Under the pieces are notes generated by a model. It saw only the letters and a program-made list of their open reading frames with translations. It did not search any database and was not told the DNA's origin. A stretch of DNA of 64,000 bases from an uncultured Gammaproteobacteria bacterium (lineage in GTDB: Bacteria; Pseudomonadota; Gammaproteobacteria; Nitrosococcales; Methylophagaceae), in assembly GCA_937900515.1 (NCBI GenBank), contig CALCCU010000165.1, forward strand, positions 416 to 64,415, read 5' to 3'. The position numbers and the translations under genes were made by a program. This document shows positions 48,649 to 57,578 of this stretch, in pieces. Position 1 is the first letter of the stretch. Each line of letters begins with the position of its first letter.

Positions 48649-49770
48649 ATGAAAAAATTAAATAGCCTGACTATTTTATTTATCGTTACTGCGGTGATGG
48701 TGGTATTGATGTTGATTACTATTCAGCGTCCGAGTCAGAGTAATGACGATGAAGGTTTATTATTCCCTGATTTATATAGTCAGTTGAGTGATATTAATAA
48801 GATTAAAGTGAGTAGTAACCAAGAAGAATTCACTATTGTTCGTGACGGTGAAGATTGGTATGTACAGGAACGTTGGAACTATCCTGCTGACTTTAACTTA
48901 GCAAAACGTACATTAATTGATCTTGCTGATGCTAAGATTCTTGAGACTAAAACCGATAAGCCTGAACAGTATGGTGTGCTAGGTGTTGATGGCATGGAGG
49001 AGGGGGGAGAAACGGTTCACTTAACTCTCTTAAATGATGATGATACTGTTGCGGGCTTACTCTTAGGGCGTGAGCGTGAGCTAGGCCAAACAGGAGGCCC
49101 ACGTCAATTTTATGTGCGACGTGCAGGTGAAGAGCGTAGTTGGTTGGCTGAAGGCTATTTGAATATTAATCCGTTGATGCTGAACTGGGTGAATAGTGAA
49201 GTGATTACGGTTGCTCGTGAACGAATCGCTCAGGTTAATATTATTCAGCCCAATGGTACAACTGCTACTCTTATTAATTTAGGACAGAAAGATAAGTTTG
49301 GTACGCCTGAATCACGTGACAAGACAGTGTTTAAATATGCTCAATTAGGCTACGACATTGCTGGAACATTGTTTCAATTACGTATGGAAGATGTGCAACC
49401 ATTAAGTGGTTTCTCTCGCGGTAAGGCAGAAATTGTTACTGCTGAATTTATTACTTTTGATGGCCTGAAAGTTGTGACAGAAACTTCTTTTGATATCGAG
49501 AGCGGCTTATACTTTACGACCTTTAAAGCAGAATTTACTCCAGAAAATATCTCTAATGCACCAAAAGATATTGCAGCACTAAACGTTTTAAAAGATGAGC
49601 AACAAGTAAAACAAGAAGTTGCCGACTTAAATAGGCGGCTGTCTAATTGGGTATATCGTTTTGGAGGATTTGTAGGTACTAACTTAATGCGTGCAAAAGC
49701 TGATATGGTTACTGAAGCAGATAAAGTGATACCTATGCCTGCTGATGTTACTGGCGGGTTCGGCTCATAA
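48649..49770 (+). CDS. DUF4340-like protein (partner of GldG-type ABC systems)
   Basis: N-terminal anchor, size, and position directly after the GldG-like gene. Confidence 0.55.
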   Translation: MKKLNSLTILFIVTAVMVVLMLITIQRPSQSNDDEGLLFPDLYSQLSDINKIKVSSNQEEFTIVRDGEDWYVQERWNYPADFNLAKRTLIDLADAKILETKTDKPEQYGVLGVDGMEEGGETVHLTLLNDDDTVAGLLLGRERELGQTGGPRQFYVRRAGEERSWLAEGYLNINPLMLNWVNSEVITVARERIAQVNIIQPNGTTATLINLGQKDKFGTPESRDKTVFKYAQLGYDIAGTLFQLRMEDVQPLSGFSRGKAEIVTAEFITFDGLKVVTETSFDIESGLYFTTFKAEFTPENISNAPKDIAALNVLKDEQQVKQEVADLNRRLSNWVYRFGGFVGTNLMRAKADMVTEADKVIPMPADVTGGFGS

Positions 49771-49795
49771 TCAGAACGATAAAACCTTTAAGTTA

Positions 49796-49826
49796 AGAAA
49801 GGCTCCTTTAGGAGCCTTTCTTTTTT
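49796..49826. terminator. Bidirectional rho-independent terminator
   Basis: AGAAAGGCTCC-TTTA-GGAGCCTTTCT followed by a T-run, between convergent genes. Confidence 0.8.
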
Positions 49827-50775
49827 ATTCGTTGGAAAGTTGCTCTTGTTGCCATTGCGTCACAAACTCTTGAACCGTATTCGCAAGTTCGTCAGGTGAA
49901 AATTTGGCAATGAATTTATCTGCACCTACCTTTTTAGACATATTAGTATTGAAAGTGCCACTCATAGATGAATGCAGTAATACCTTGATATCAGCGATTC
50001 TAGGGTCCTTACGAACCTCTGAGGTCAATGTGTAGCCATCCATTTCAGGCATTTCGATATCAGATACTAATAAGGCAATGTGCTTAGTTACATCAATACC
50101 TTCATCAGCCCATGCTTTTAATTGATCTAGTGCTTCTTTACCATTACGAGTAATAGTTGTGTCAATACCTATTTGTGCCATTGCTCGTTTAACCTGATTT
50201 CTAGCAACACTGGAATCATCGGCGACTAAAATATGGGGTCTTACTGCTGCATTTTGTGATGAGAAATTGTCGACCAAGTCACTTGATACGACTTCATCTG
50301 AGCCGATGACTTCTACCATTACTTTTTCAACATCAATTATTTCAACCAATTCATTATCGATATTGGTGATTGCAGTCATATACGTGTTGGTTCCAGCCAC
50401 CTTAGGGGGCGGCAATATATCAGTCCAGGTTGTATTAACAATACGTTCAATACTTGAAACCAAAAAACCTTGGATTGAGCGGTTATATTCGGTAATGATG
50501 ACAAAGCTCTGACTGAGGTCTTCGACGGGTTTTCCACCAATACCCATTGATAAATCAAAAATACTAATCGCAGAACCACGAATATGGGCGGAGCCTCTAA
50601 CAACTGGATGTGAATGAGGTAAACGGGTCAGCTTAGGGCATGGAATTGCTTCTTTTACTTTAAATACATTAATGCCGTAGCGTTGTTTACCATCTAAGGT
50701 AAACAAGAGTAATTCTAATCGATTTTGACCTACAAGTTGGGTTCGTTGATCGACACCATCAATCATACTGGCCAT
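49825..50775 (-). CDS. cheV: Chemotaxis protein CheV (CheW-like + receiver domain)
   Basis: An N-terminal CheW domain (LELLLFTLDGKQRYGINVFKVKE) and a C-terminal REC domain (ILVADDSSVARN...SDIEMPEMDGY). Confidence 0.9.
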   Translation of the reverse strand: MASMIDGVDQRTQLVGQNRLELLLFTLDGKQRYGINVFKVKEAIPCPKLTRLPHSHPVVRGSAHIRGSAISIFDLSMGIGGKPVEDLSQSFVIITEYNRSIQGFLVSSIERIVNTTWTDILPPPKVAGTNTYMTAITNIDNELVEIIDVEKVMVEVIGSDEVVSSDLVDNFSSQNAAVRPHILVADDSSVARNQVKRAMAQIGIDTTITRNGKEALDQLKAWADEGIDVTKHIALLVSDIEMPEMDGYTLTSEVRKDPRIADIKVLLHSSMSGTFNTNMSKKVGADKFIAKFSPDELANTVQEFVTQWQQEQLSNE

Positions 50776-50806
50776 GTTGAAACTCTCCGTTACTTTAGTG
50801 AATAAA

Positions 50807-50833
50807 TTATCGGTTATTTATTCGTGATCTTTA
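50807..50833 (-). promoter_or_regulatory. Sigma28 (FliA) promoter for cheV
   Basis: The minus strand reads TAAA-N15-ACCGATAA against the consensus TAAA-N15-GCCGATAA. The -10 ends 31 nt upstream of the ATG. Confidence 0.55.
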
Positions 50834-50857
50834 GCAAAGAATTGGATACATAATTTT

Positions 50858-50873
50858 TGGCTTGGTTATTGCT
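50858..50873 (+). promoter_or_regulatory. Sigma54 (RpoN) -24/-12 promoter candidate for flgA
   Basis: TGGCTTGGTTATTGCT against the consensus TGGCAC-N5-TTGCW. The GG and GC spacing is correct, and it lies about 58 nt upstream of the flgA ATG. Confidence 0.45.
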
Positions 50874-50930
50874 TTTAACTAATTAAATAATGTTTAATGA
50901 CATAAAAATGACACGGTTAGGAGTCATGAA

Positions 50931-51635
50931 ATGAATACTAGTTGGAAGCAAAAATTAAGTCTGCTTGTAGCTTTATTCTTCGGGATAAATGCTTATGCAG
51001 ACACTGTACATCCTATTAATGCGATCGAGCAAGCAGCCTATGAATTTTCTTTGGCTAAAGCTCAGGAAAACTTTGATAACCCGCAAGTTGTTACAGGAAA
51101 ATTAGATAGTCGGTTACGTTTAAAGTCATGTGACGGTGGTTTAACGGTATTTAGCAAAAGCGAATCCGTTTGGATAGGTAAAAAAACGGTGGGAGTGCAA
51201 TGTAATGGGCCTGTTGCATGGACTGTCTATGTGCCAGTGCAAATAAAAGTATTTAAGCCTGTTTATGTGGCTGCACGAGCATTAGAAGCTAATAAAATAA
51301 TCGCTCCGATTGATTTAAAGTTACAGCAGTGGGATGTAGGAAGTTTAAATCAGGGCTACGTGAAAGATCGTAAGCTGATTATTGGCCAACAATTAAAGTA
51401 TCCAGTGGCATTAGGTTCAGTCATAAAATCTACACATTTACGCCCGCAAAAAATAGTTCGTCGAGGTGAATTTATTACCTTGGTGGCAATTGCTGGCTCA
51501 ATGGAAGTAAGAATGAATGGTACTGCTTTATCTGATGCGACCTTAGGTCAACGAATTAAGGTGAAAAACTCATCATCGAAACGCGTTGTTGAAGGAATTG
51601 TTGATGCGCCAGGCATCGTTATGGTCCAGTTATGA
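50931..51635 (+). CDS. flgA: Flagellar basal-body P-ring formation chaperone FlgA
   Basis: Signal peptide, a C-terminal SAF domain (...RGEFITLVAIAGSMEVRMNGTALSDATLGQRIKVKN...), and its position before flgM and flgN. Confidence 0.85.
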   Translation: MNTSWKQKLSLLVALFFGINAYADTVHPINAIEQAAYEFSLAKAQENFDNPQVVTGKLDSRLRLKSCDGGLTVFSKSESVWIGKKTVGVQCNGPVAWTVYVPVQIKVFKPVYVAARALEANKIIAPIDLKLQQWDVGSLNQGYVKDRKLIIGQQLKYPVALGSVIKSTHLRPQKIVRRGEFITLVAIAGSMEVRMNGTALSDATLGQRIKVKNSSSKRVVEGIVDAPGIVMVQL

Positions 51636-51676
51636 TTGTGAGACAATTTTTTAATAAAAAAATCTGATGTTTTTAC

Positions 51677-51703
51677 TCAAGTTATGAAAAATCTTGTCGA
51701 TAA
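51677..51703 (+). promoter_or_regulatory. Sigma28 (FliA) promoter for flgMN
   Basis: TCAA-N15-GTCGATAA, with one mismatch in each element against TAAA-N15-GCCGATAA. It lies 32 nt upstream of the flgM ATG. Confidence 0.55.
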
Positions 51704-51735
51704 GATGATCGTAAATAAATTAAAGGGACATAATT

Positions 51736-52041
51736 ATGTCAGAAATTAATATTAAGGCGACGGGACTAGCTGGGCTTACAACGCCTAAGCAAGCTAATGC
51801 TACTACGCAAAACCAAGAGTCGAAAACGACTGGAGTACAAACTGGCGTTGTAACGGATAAGGTTAGCTTAACTGATACTGCCAACCAACTTCAGTCTGTA
51901 CAACAAACAGTAGCGGATGCTTCTGCTGTAAATAAGGAACGGGTCAACGAGTTACGGGCAGCCATTGCTGATGGCTCTTACAGTGTTGACGCCACAGAGT
52001 TAGCTAAAAATATGATTAATTTTGAAGATCAGCTTCGTTAA
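51736..52041 (+). CDS. flgM: Anti-sigma-28 factor FlgM
   Basis: 101 aa. The C-terminal segment ...RVNELRAAIADGSYSVDATELAKNMINFE is the conserved FlgM sigma28-binding region. Confidence 0.87.
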   Translation: MSEINIKATGLAGLTTPKQANATTQNQESKTTGVQTGVVTDKVSLTDTANQLQSVQQTVADASAVNKERVNELRAAIADGSYSVDATELAKNMINFEDQLR

Positions 52042-52052
52042 GGAAATTTAAA

Positions 52053-52541
52053 ATGGCTATGACTTCTCTACAACAACTTCGTAGTATTTTATTAGCAGAG
52101 CGTGATACCGCTTCTGCATTATTAGCGCTACTGAAAAGTGAACGTGAACCGTTAACGAGTTCAGATTCCGAAGTCATGACTAAAATTTCTGCTCAAAAAC
52201 AGCCGCTATTGGTTCAATTAGAGCAATTAGCTCGTCAACGAGTAGTCGTTTTAAATTCTGAAGGTTTTTCAGCTGATAAGGATGGGCTTGAGGCCTTTAT
52301 AGAAAACCAAACTGAACCAGCCGCCAATGAGTTAAAGGTGATTTTAAAATCTCTTAAATTAGCTGCTAAGGGCTGTAAAGAAAATAATCAAATCAACGGC
52401 AGTATAGTTAATGTAAATCGTCAGTACCTTCAAAAAGCAATGAGTATTCTTCGTGGAAGGGATGTTAACTCAACAGCTTATGGCCCAGGTGGTGAATACA
52501 CTGATCAAGTCGTGAGACAACCTTTACTCGGCCGCGTTTAA
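52053..52541 (+). CDS. flgN: Flagellar export chaperone FlgN
   Basis: 162 aa, helical, directly after flgM, with an N-terminal LL..ER.....LL..E segment. Confidence 0.78.
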   Translation: MAMTSLQQLRSILLAERDTASALLALLKSEREPLTSSDSEVMTKISAQKQPLLVQLEQLARQRVVVLNSEGFSADKDGLEAFIENQTEPAANELKVILKSLKLAAKGCKENNQINGSIVNVNRQYLQKAMSILRGRDVNSTAYGPGGEYTDQVVRQPLLGRV

Positions 52542-52852
52542 CATTCCTCCAAGATCGAGTTCGTAGCAACATAACCAGCGGCCTAGTGACTTTCTCGTCA
52601 CATCTTTGATGCCAATCAAAATATTCAACAGCCATAGAGGAGCCTTGCTCACTATGAACTGCAAGTTGCCCGAAATCTAATAAATAGTGAAATAAAGTGT
52701 CTATGATTCGATGAATTATAGTTTTTAGTAGATTTTGATGTGATGGCTACTTTTTATCATAGTGAATTAAAATAGGTTTTAGCTTTAAGAGATTTAATGG
52801 ATAATGAATTTATCCGTCATAATTTGAATTATGTGTAATTAGGAAGCTGGTC

Positions 52853-53176
52853 ATGAAATCTATTTCCTTAAGCCTAGTCCTCGTATGTTTGAGTGTGCTT
52901 TTATCCGCGTGTGATAATGATGTCCATAATCACTCTAAAAATATAACAGGAAAGCAATTATTTGAATTACATTGTGCTAGCTGCCACAACTCTGACGGTA
53001 ATGGACAGTTTTTGCTTGGTGTTCCTTCAAATCGAGATACAACCTTAATTAATAGTTATATTCGCGACAAAATGTTGCATGGTTCTGGTACTGATTCAAG
53101 TATGCCGATATTTGCCGCTATGCCCGAAAAAGAAGCAATAAAAATAGTTCAATATTTACGAAAGTTAGCTAAGTAG
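52853..53176 (+). CDS. Lipoprotein c-type monohaem cytochrome
   Basis: Lipobox LLSAC, haem motif CASCH, and a distal SMP methionine candidate; 107 aa. Confidence 0.75.
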   Translation: MKSISLSLVLVCLSVLLSACDNDVHNHSKNITGKQLFELHCASCHNSDGNGQFLLGVPSNRDTTLINSYIRDKMLHGSGTDSSMPIFAAMPEKEAIKIVQYLRKLAK

Positions 53177-55739
53177 CACTGCTCTTATTTAGTAAAGTTT
53201 CAAATTCTTCAATTGGAATTGGTTTACTGAATAAGTAACCTTGAAAGTGTTTGCAGCCTTCTTGTAATAGAGCTTGCTTCTGTTCGATAGTTTCAACGCC
53301 TTCTGCAATGACACCAAAACCTAAACTATGTGCCATGGCTATAATAGTTTGAACAATCACTCGATCGCTCACATCAGTAACTAGGTCTCGAACAAACGAT
53401 TGATCGATCTTAAGTTGATTGAGTGGTAGTCGTTTCAGATATTGTAGCGATGAATAGCCTGTACCAAAATCATCTAAAGAAAATTGAATGCCTAGTTTAG
53501 CGATATGATTCATCTTATTGATAATTTCATCGTTATTGTTGAGAAGCAGGCTTTCTGTTAATTCAAGTTTGAGCTTTTCTGGGCGAATATTATATGAATT
53601 AATAAGCATTTCCAGTTCAGGTAAAAACTCTTTTTGATGAAATTGTTGGGCACACACATTGACTGATAGCACCAAGTTTTTGGTTTGTTCACTTTTTTCC
53701 CACTCTTGAATTTGCTTACAGGCCGTGGCTAAAACCCATTTACCAATCGGTATGATTAGCTCTGTTTCTTCCGCGATAGAAATAAAGTGGAAAGGGGAAA
53801 GAACGCCTCGTTTTGGATGGATCCACCGGATTAAAGCTTCGGCACCAATTACCGATTCATTTTCATCGATTTGTATTTGGTAAAACAAGCTAAATTGTTG
53901 AAAATCAATGGCTTGCTCTAACTCTTTCTCTAATGCTACACGAGATGTAATTGTTGTCTGCATATCCTCTGAAAAGATACGAAATGCATTCCTTCCGCTA
54001 TCTTTAGCTTGATACATTGCAATATCTGCTTGCTTTAACAGTTCATCGACAGTTGTTTTTTGCTTATGGAAGAGCGTTGTGCCAATACTTGCACTACTAT
54101 TATATTCATGATTTCTCAATCGATATGTTTGATTGAGGGCGGTCACCAATTTGTGGGCCGTTTTCTCTGCATAGCATGCCGCTTGTTCACGATCATCGCC
54201 CAGATTCTCAAGTAAAACAACGAATTCATCTCCCCCAAATCGGGCTATAGTATCTTCTCTTCGTAGATTTGAGGATATACGAGCTGCTACTTGTTGGAGT
54301 AGGACATCCCCTATAACGTGTCCTAATGTGTCATTTAGTGTTTTGAAATAATCAAGATCAATAAATAATATTGCACAGTAATTATCGCTTCGAACATTGC
54401 TTGTTATAGAGTGGTTTAAACGATCGATTAAAAGTCTACGGTTAGGGAGTTGTGTTAATGGATCATAAAAAGCCAGGTTTTCAATCTCTTTTATTGCGGC
54501 TAATTCAGACTGTTTACGCTCCGTTATGTCATAAAATGTGATGGGATCATCCGTAGTAGTGCTTGCTGACAAGCTAACTAAGACCGTCTTTATTTCTCCA
54601 TTTTTACAGTGAAAGTTAACTTCTAAAGGCATTAATGAATCTTTAGATGACTTGAACTCATTGAAGTACTTATTCCATTGAACTTTAATTTGATCACGGT
54701 AGGTCTCATCAGGATAAGCGTTTAACCACCAATCTTCATCCGTTCTTAAGTCAGCAAGTGTGTAGCCAAACAGTCGAGTAAAGGCTGAGTTTATGAAAAC
54801 TACCTGCCTATGCTTATTATTCAACACGTAGGGTATCGGAGTGTCCTCAAGATACTGTTTAAACTTGAGATTAGTGAGTGCTGAGTTCATCAGTGTTTTG
54901 ATAAATGTAAACAATAATATGAACAGTACTGTTGCTGATAGCAATAGGTAGGAACGTGTCAGCCAAATGTCATCAGGCGCGGCTGTCCAGTCTCCTACGG
55001 GCCTTGCTGCTATTACCCAAGACCCATTGGGTAGAGCTATAGTGCTTTTAATATGGCGACTTTGGAATAAAGAGGGATCGCCAAAAAACACATCGCCATC
55101 AATGCCCAAACCGTCTTTTCCTCGAATGCTGATTTCAATTGATAAGTTGGGATTCAATAACCCACTTTGTTCGAAAAAAAGATCAGCATCAATGACGGCA
55201 GAAATGATTCCCCAAAAATATTCATTCCCAGAGCTATCGTCAATGAATACTGGAATTCTAGATATTAACCCTGCTCCTCCTTGAACTAATTTAATAGGAC
55301 CTGCCAACGATAAGGTCTGTGAGTTTTTTGCTCTAAGTACAGACTTTAGTTGCTCTGGTTTAGTTCTATAATCCAAGCCCACTGCTAATTCATTACCTTT
55401 GATAGGGTACATATATCGAATAACAAGGTCGGGTGCCGCAGCAATATTTCGTAACTGCGTGTTATTAACCAATACTTGTTTGGCTGCAGAGGAAAATTGC
55501 TGCTGAGACAAGGTTGGGTTGATTGCAAAAATGGAGGGGAGCCCTTTGACCACCTGAATATTATTATAAAGGTTTAGTAATAGTTTATTGTGGATCTCGT
55601 AGAGGCTATGAGTAGTTTCTTCATGAGAAGAAGCTATATGTGCATCTCTGATAAGTTTGTCTGCATAAAGCCCGCCGCCGAGTAGAGATAGTACAAGGAT
55701 GGTGATTAGCAGATAGAATTTAATTTTGGTATTAGTCAT
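53169..55739 (-). CDS. Sensor protein: periplasmic CHASE-like domain, PAS, GGDEF and EAL domains
   Basis: Two TM helices flank a ~240-aa periplasmic domain. Then PAS (NSAFTRLFGYT...), RFGGDEFVVLL, and an EAL domain (EALIRW...DDFGTGYSSL...KIDQSF). Confidence 0.88.
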   Translation of the reverse strand: MTNTKIKFYLLITILVLSLLGGGLYADKLIRDAHIASSHEETTHSLYEIHNKLLLNLYNNIQVVKGLPSIFAINPTLSQQQFSSAAKQVLVNNTQLRNIAAAPDLVIRYMYPIKGNELAVGLDYRTKPEQLKSVLRAKNSQTLSLAGPIKLVQGGAGLISRIPVFIDDSSGNEYFWGIISAVIDADLFFEQSGLLNPNLSIEISIRGKDGLGIDGDVFFGDPSLFQSRHIKSTIALPNGSWVIAARPVGDWTAAPDDIWLTRSYLLLSATVLFILLFTFIKTLMNSALTNLKFKQYLEDTPIPYVLNNKHRQVVFINSAFTRLFGYTLADLRTDEDWWLNAYPDETYRDQIKVQWNKYFNEFKSSKDSLMPLEVNFHCKNGEIKTVLVSLSASTTTDDPITFYDITERKQSELAAIKEIENLAFYDPLTQLPNRRLLIDRLNHSITSNVRSDNYCAILFIDLDYFKTLNDTLGHVIGDVLLQQVAARISSNLRREDTIARFGGDEFVVLLENLGDDREQAACYAEKTAHKLVTALNQTYRLRNHEYNSSASIGTTLFHKQKTTVDELLKQADIAMYQAKDSGRNAFRIFSEDMQTTITSRVALEKELEQAIDFQQFSLFYQIQIDENESVIGAEALIRWIHPKRGVLSPFHFISIAEETELIIPIGKWVLATACKQIQEWEKSEQTKNLVLSVNVCAQQFHQKEFLPELEMLINSYNIRPEKLKLELTESLLLNNNDEIINKMNHIAKLGIQFSLDDFGTGYSSLQYLKRLPLNQLKIDQSFVRDLVTDVSDRVIVQTIIAMAHSLGFGVIAEGVETIEQKQALLQEGCKHFQGYLFSKPIPIEEFETLLNKSSAT

Positions 55740-56034
55740 TTAATCGTCATTATACAGATTAATAACCTTATAATTACCGAGACTATTCAAATGCCTAGCC
55801 CATAGTTGTCGATGAGTACTGGTATTAATGAGCGGTAGTGCTTTTTCTGCATACTGTTTAATTGCTTTATGGAGTATATATCGACTCATAATCAAGCTAT
55901 GAGTCATTGCATGGCCTGAAATAACTCATTAACTAAATGACTAAGAAAGTAATGGACTCCAGATAAGCCAGTAAATATATACAATGAAAATGAAATGACT
56001 TAGAAAGTTCCTCAGCATTTAAAAGTAGGTTTTA

Positions 56035-56064
56035 TTGACAATTAGTTAGCTGGCTAACTATAAT
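56035..56064 (+). promoter_or_regulatory. Consensus sigma70 promoter with embedded palindromic operator (MarR autoregulation)
   Basis: TTGACA (56035-56040), an 18-nt spacer, then TATAAT (56059-56064). The spacer carries TAGTTAGC-TG-GCTAACTA, a perfect 8-bp inverted repeat at 56043-56060. The -10 ends only 7 nt before the ATG at 56072. Confidence 0.6.
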
Positions 56065-56071
56065 TGACAGC

Positions 56072-56575
56072 ATGCTGCAATTACAAGATTTACCAGATAC
56101 TAAAATACTCAATAAATTCGCACATCGTTACCCCGATGCGAATATTGAGCACGTCCTGCACTTTTTAACATTATTACGAGTTGGCTCTGATTTATCAGAT
56201 GTCCTTGATCGTTTTTTGACGGGCTATGGTTTATTACAAGGTCGCTGGTGGGTATTAATTCTTTTAATGCGTGAACAAGACTTGATGTCGACACCATCAT
56301 CATTGGCTGAAAAAGCGGGTGTTTCACGAGCAACGATGACGGGACTTATTGATGGTTTGGATAAAGAAGGTCTGATCATGAGAGTTACTGATGTGAATGA
56401 TAGGCGTAAGTTACAGATAAAACTTACCTCAACTGGACAAGCGAAGTTGGATGAAGTTATGCCAGAGTATTACAGACGAGTGAGTGAGTTAATGTCAGTT
56501 TTATCATCAGAACAAAGTGAATCATTAATTTCATCACTGACAAAATTACAAAATAACAGCGACGTATTTAAATAG
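56072..56575 (+). CDS. MarR-family transcriptional regulator
   Basis: A winged HTH: ...SSLAEKAGVSRATMTGLIDGLDKEGLIMRVTDVNDRRKLQIKLTSTGQ. Confidence 0.87.
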   Translation: MLQLQDLPDTKILNKFAHRYPDANIEHVLHFLTLLRVGSDLSDVLDRFLTGYGLLQGRWWVLILLMREQDLMSTPSSLAEKAGVSRATMTGLIDGLDKEGLIMRVTDVNDRRKLQIKLTSTGQAKLDEVMPEYYRRVSELMSVLSSEQSESLISSLTKLQNNSDVFK

Positions 56576-56586
56576 TTTTAACTTAT

Positions 56587-56604
56587 TAGTTAGCTAGCTA
56601 ATTA
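56587..56604 (+). promoter_or_regulatory. Second copy of the MarR-type operator palindrome
   Basis: TAGTTAGC-TA-GCTAATTA, with one mismatch from perfect symmetry. It lies 34 nt upstream of the next gene. Confidence 0.5.
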
Positions 56605-56637
56605 GTTTGCGTCAATTCAGGTAACCGAGGAGAAAAA

Positions 56638-57096
56638 ATGAAAAAATTATTATCAACACTAACGCTATGTAGCTGCATTGTAGGTGGTTCAGTAGGCTCT
56701 GCTATGGCAGGTGATACTAGTCCTGAAACAATATTACAAACGGTTAATGCTAACTGGAATGCTACTTTTAATAGTGGTGATAGTGCTAAGTTAGCAACGC
56801 TTTATACTGAAAATGCGACTCTTTCCCCTGGTAATGGTGAAATCCTGCTTGGGCAAGATAAAATTGGCGAACTGTTCAAAAGTTTTATCGATAATGGTGT
56901 TCATAACCATACTATAGAAACGGTTGAAGCGTATCGAGATAACGGTCAGATAGTGCAGCTTGGAAAGTGGAGAGCGGAAGGTGTTAATGATAAGCAAGAA
57001 GCGATCAGCTTTGGAGGTGTACTTATGACAGTTATTCAACAGAATGCTGAAGGTGCTTGGTTAACGCAGTCACATGTATGGAATATGGGTAATTAA
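56638..57096 (+). CDS. Secreted NTF2-like (SnoaL/DUF4440-type) protein
   Basis: Signal peptide; ...NANWNATFNSGDSAKLATLYTENATLSP... is a typical SnoaL-like/DUF4440 N-terminal pattern. Confidence 0.6.
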   Translation: MKKLLSTLTLCSCIVGGSVGSAMAGDTSPETILQTVNANWNATFNSGDSAKLATLYTENATLSPGNGEILLGQDKIGELFKSFIDNGVHNHTIETVEAYRDNGQIVQLGKWRAEGVNDKQEAISFGGVLMTVIQQNAEGAWLTQSHVWNMGN

Positions 57097-57149
57097 TTAG
57101 AACTGGCAGGCTTCTTCTTATGAAGGAGTGTTAGTTAGTCTATCAAATT

Positions 57150-57190
57150 GAAAGCCGTAGTGATTGAGTTCATTACGGCTTTCTATTTGA
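57150..57190. terminator. Hairpin terminator between convergent genes
   Basis: GAAAGCCGTA-N14-TACGGCTTTC followed by TATTT. Confidence 0.55.
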
Positions 57191-57221
57191 TGGTTCTCTT
57201 CAGCCTAGCAGAGTGCACAAT

Positions 57222-57566
57222 TTAACCTCGAAACAGGTGGAGTGAAGCCAACATTAACAAATAGGCGATGATAGTTAGAGCTATTGATATACCTAGACTG
57301 AGATAAAAGTTGAATTCGTGTTTAAGAAGTATCGGTAGGGTGAGAAACAATACAAGTGAAGGCAGAACTAACCATACAATGTTAGAGGCTAATGCAATGA
57401 CTTTGGTTGTATCACCACTCTCGTGATACAACCAAATCATAGCAATAATGGATACCATGGGTACTGAAGCTAAAATCGCGCCCATCATGGAGCTCCGTTT
57501 TGCAACTTCAGAAATAGCAACGATGAGCACTGCACTCAGAGCTATTTTACTTATGTAGTACCACAT
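57222..57566 (-). CDS. DUF3147-like small membrane protein
   Basis: 114 aa with 4 TM segments, and MWYYISKIALSAVLIVAISEVAKRS... as in DUF3147. It follows czcA by 12 nt. Confidence 0.55.
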   Translation of the reverse strand: MWYYISKIALSAVLIVAISEVAKRSSMMGAILASVPMVSIIAMIWLYHESGDTTKVIALASNIVWLVLPSLVLFLTLPILLKHEFNFYLSLGISIALTIIAYLLMLASLHLFRG

Positions 57567-57578
57567 ACCGAGTTCCTT

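Noticed and set aside
52542-52852. 310-nt gap after flgN examined for a gene remnant or small ORF
   Set aside because: Only short frames with no recognisable similarity are present, along with a weak 5-bp hairpin (GTGAC/GTCAC). There is no support for calling a pseudogene.
53169-53176. 8-nt convergent overlap of the cytochrome c gene and the GGDEF-EAL gene stop regions
   Set aside because: This is an ordinary tail-to-tail overlap of stop codons with no room for a terminator. It is noted only as a possible source of transcriptional interference, not as a feature.
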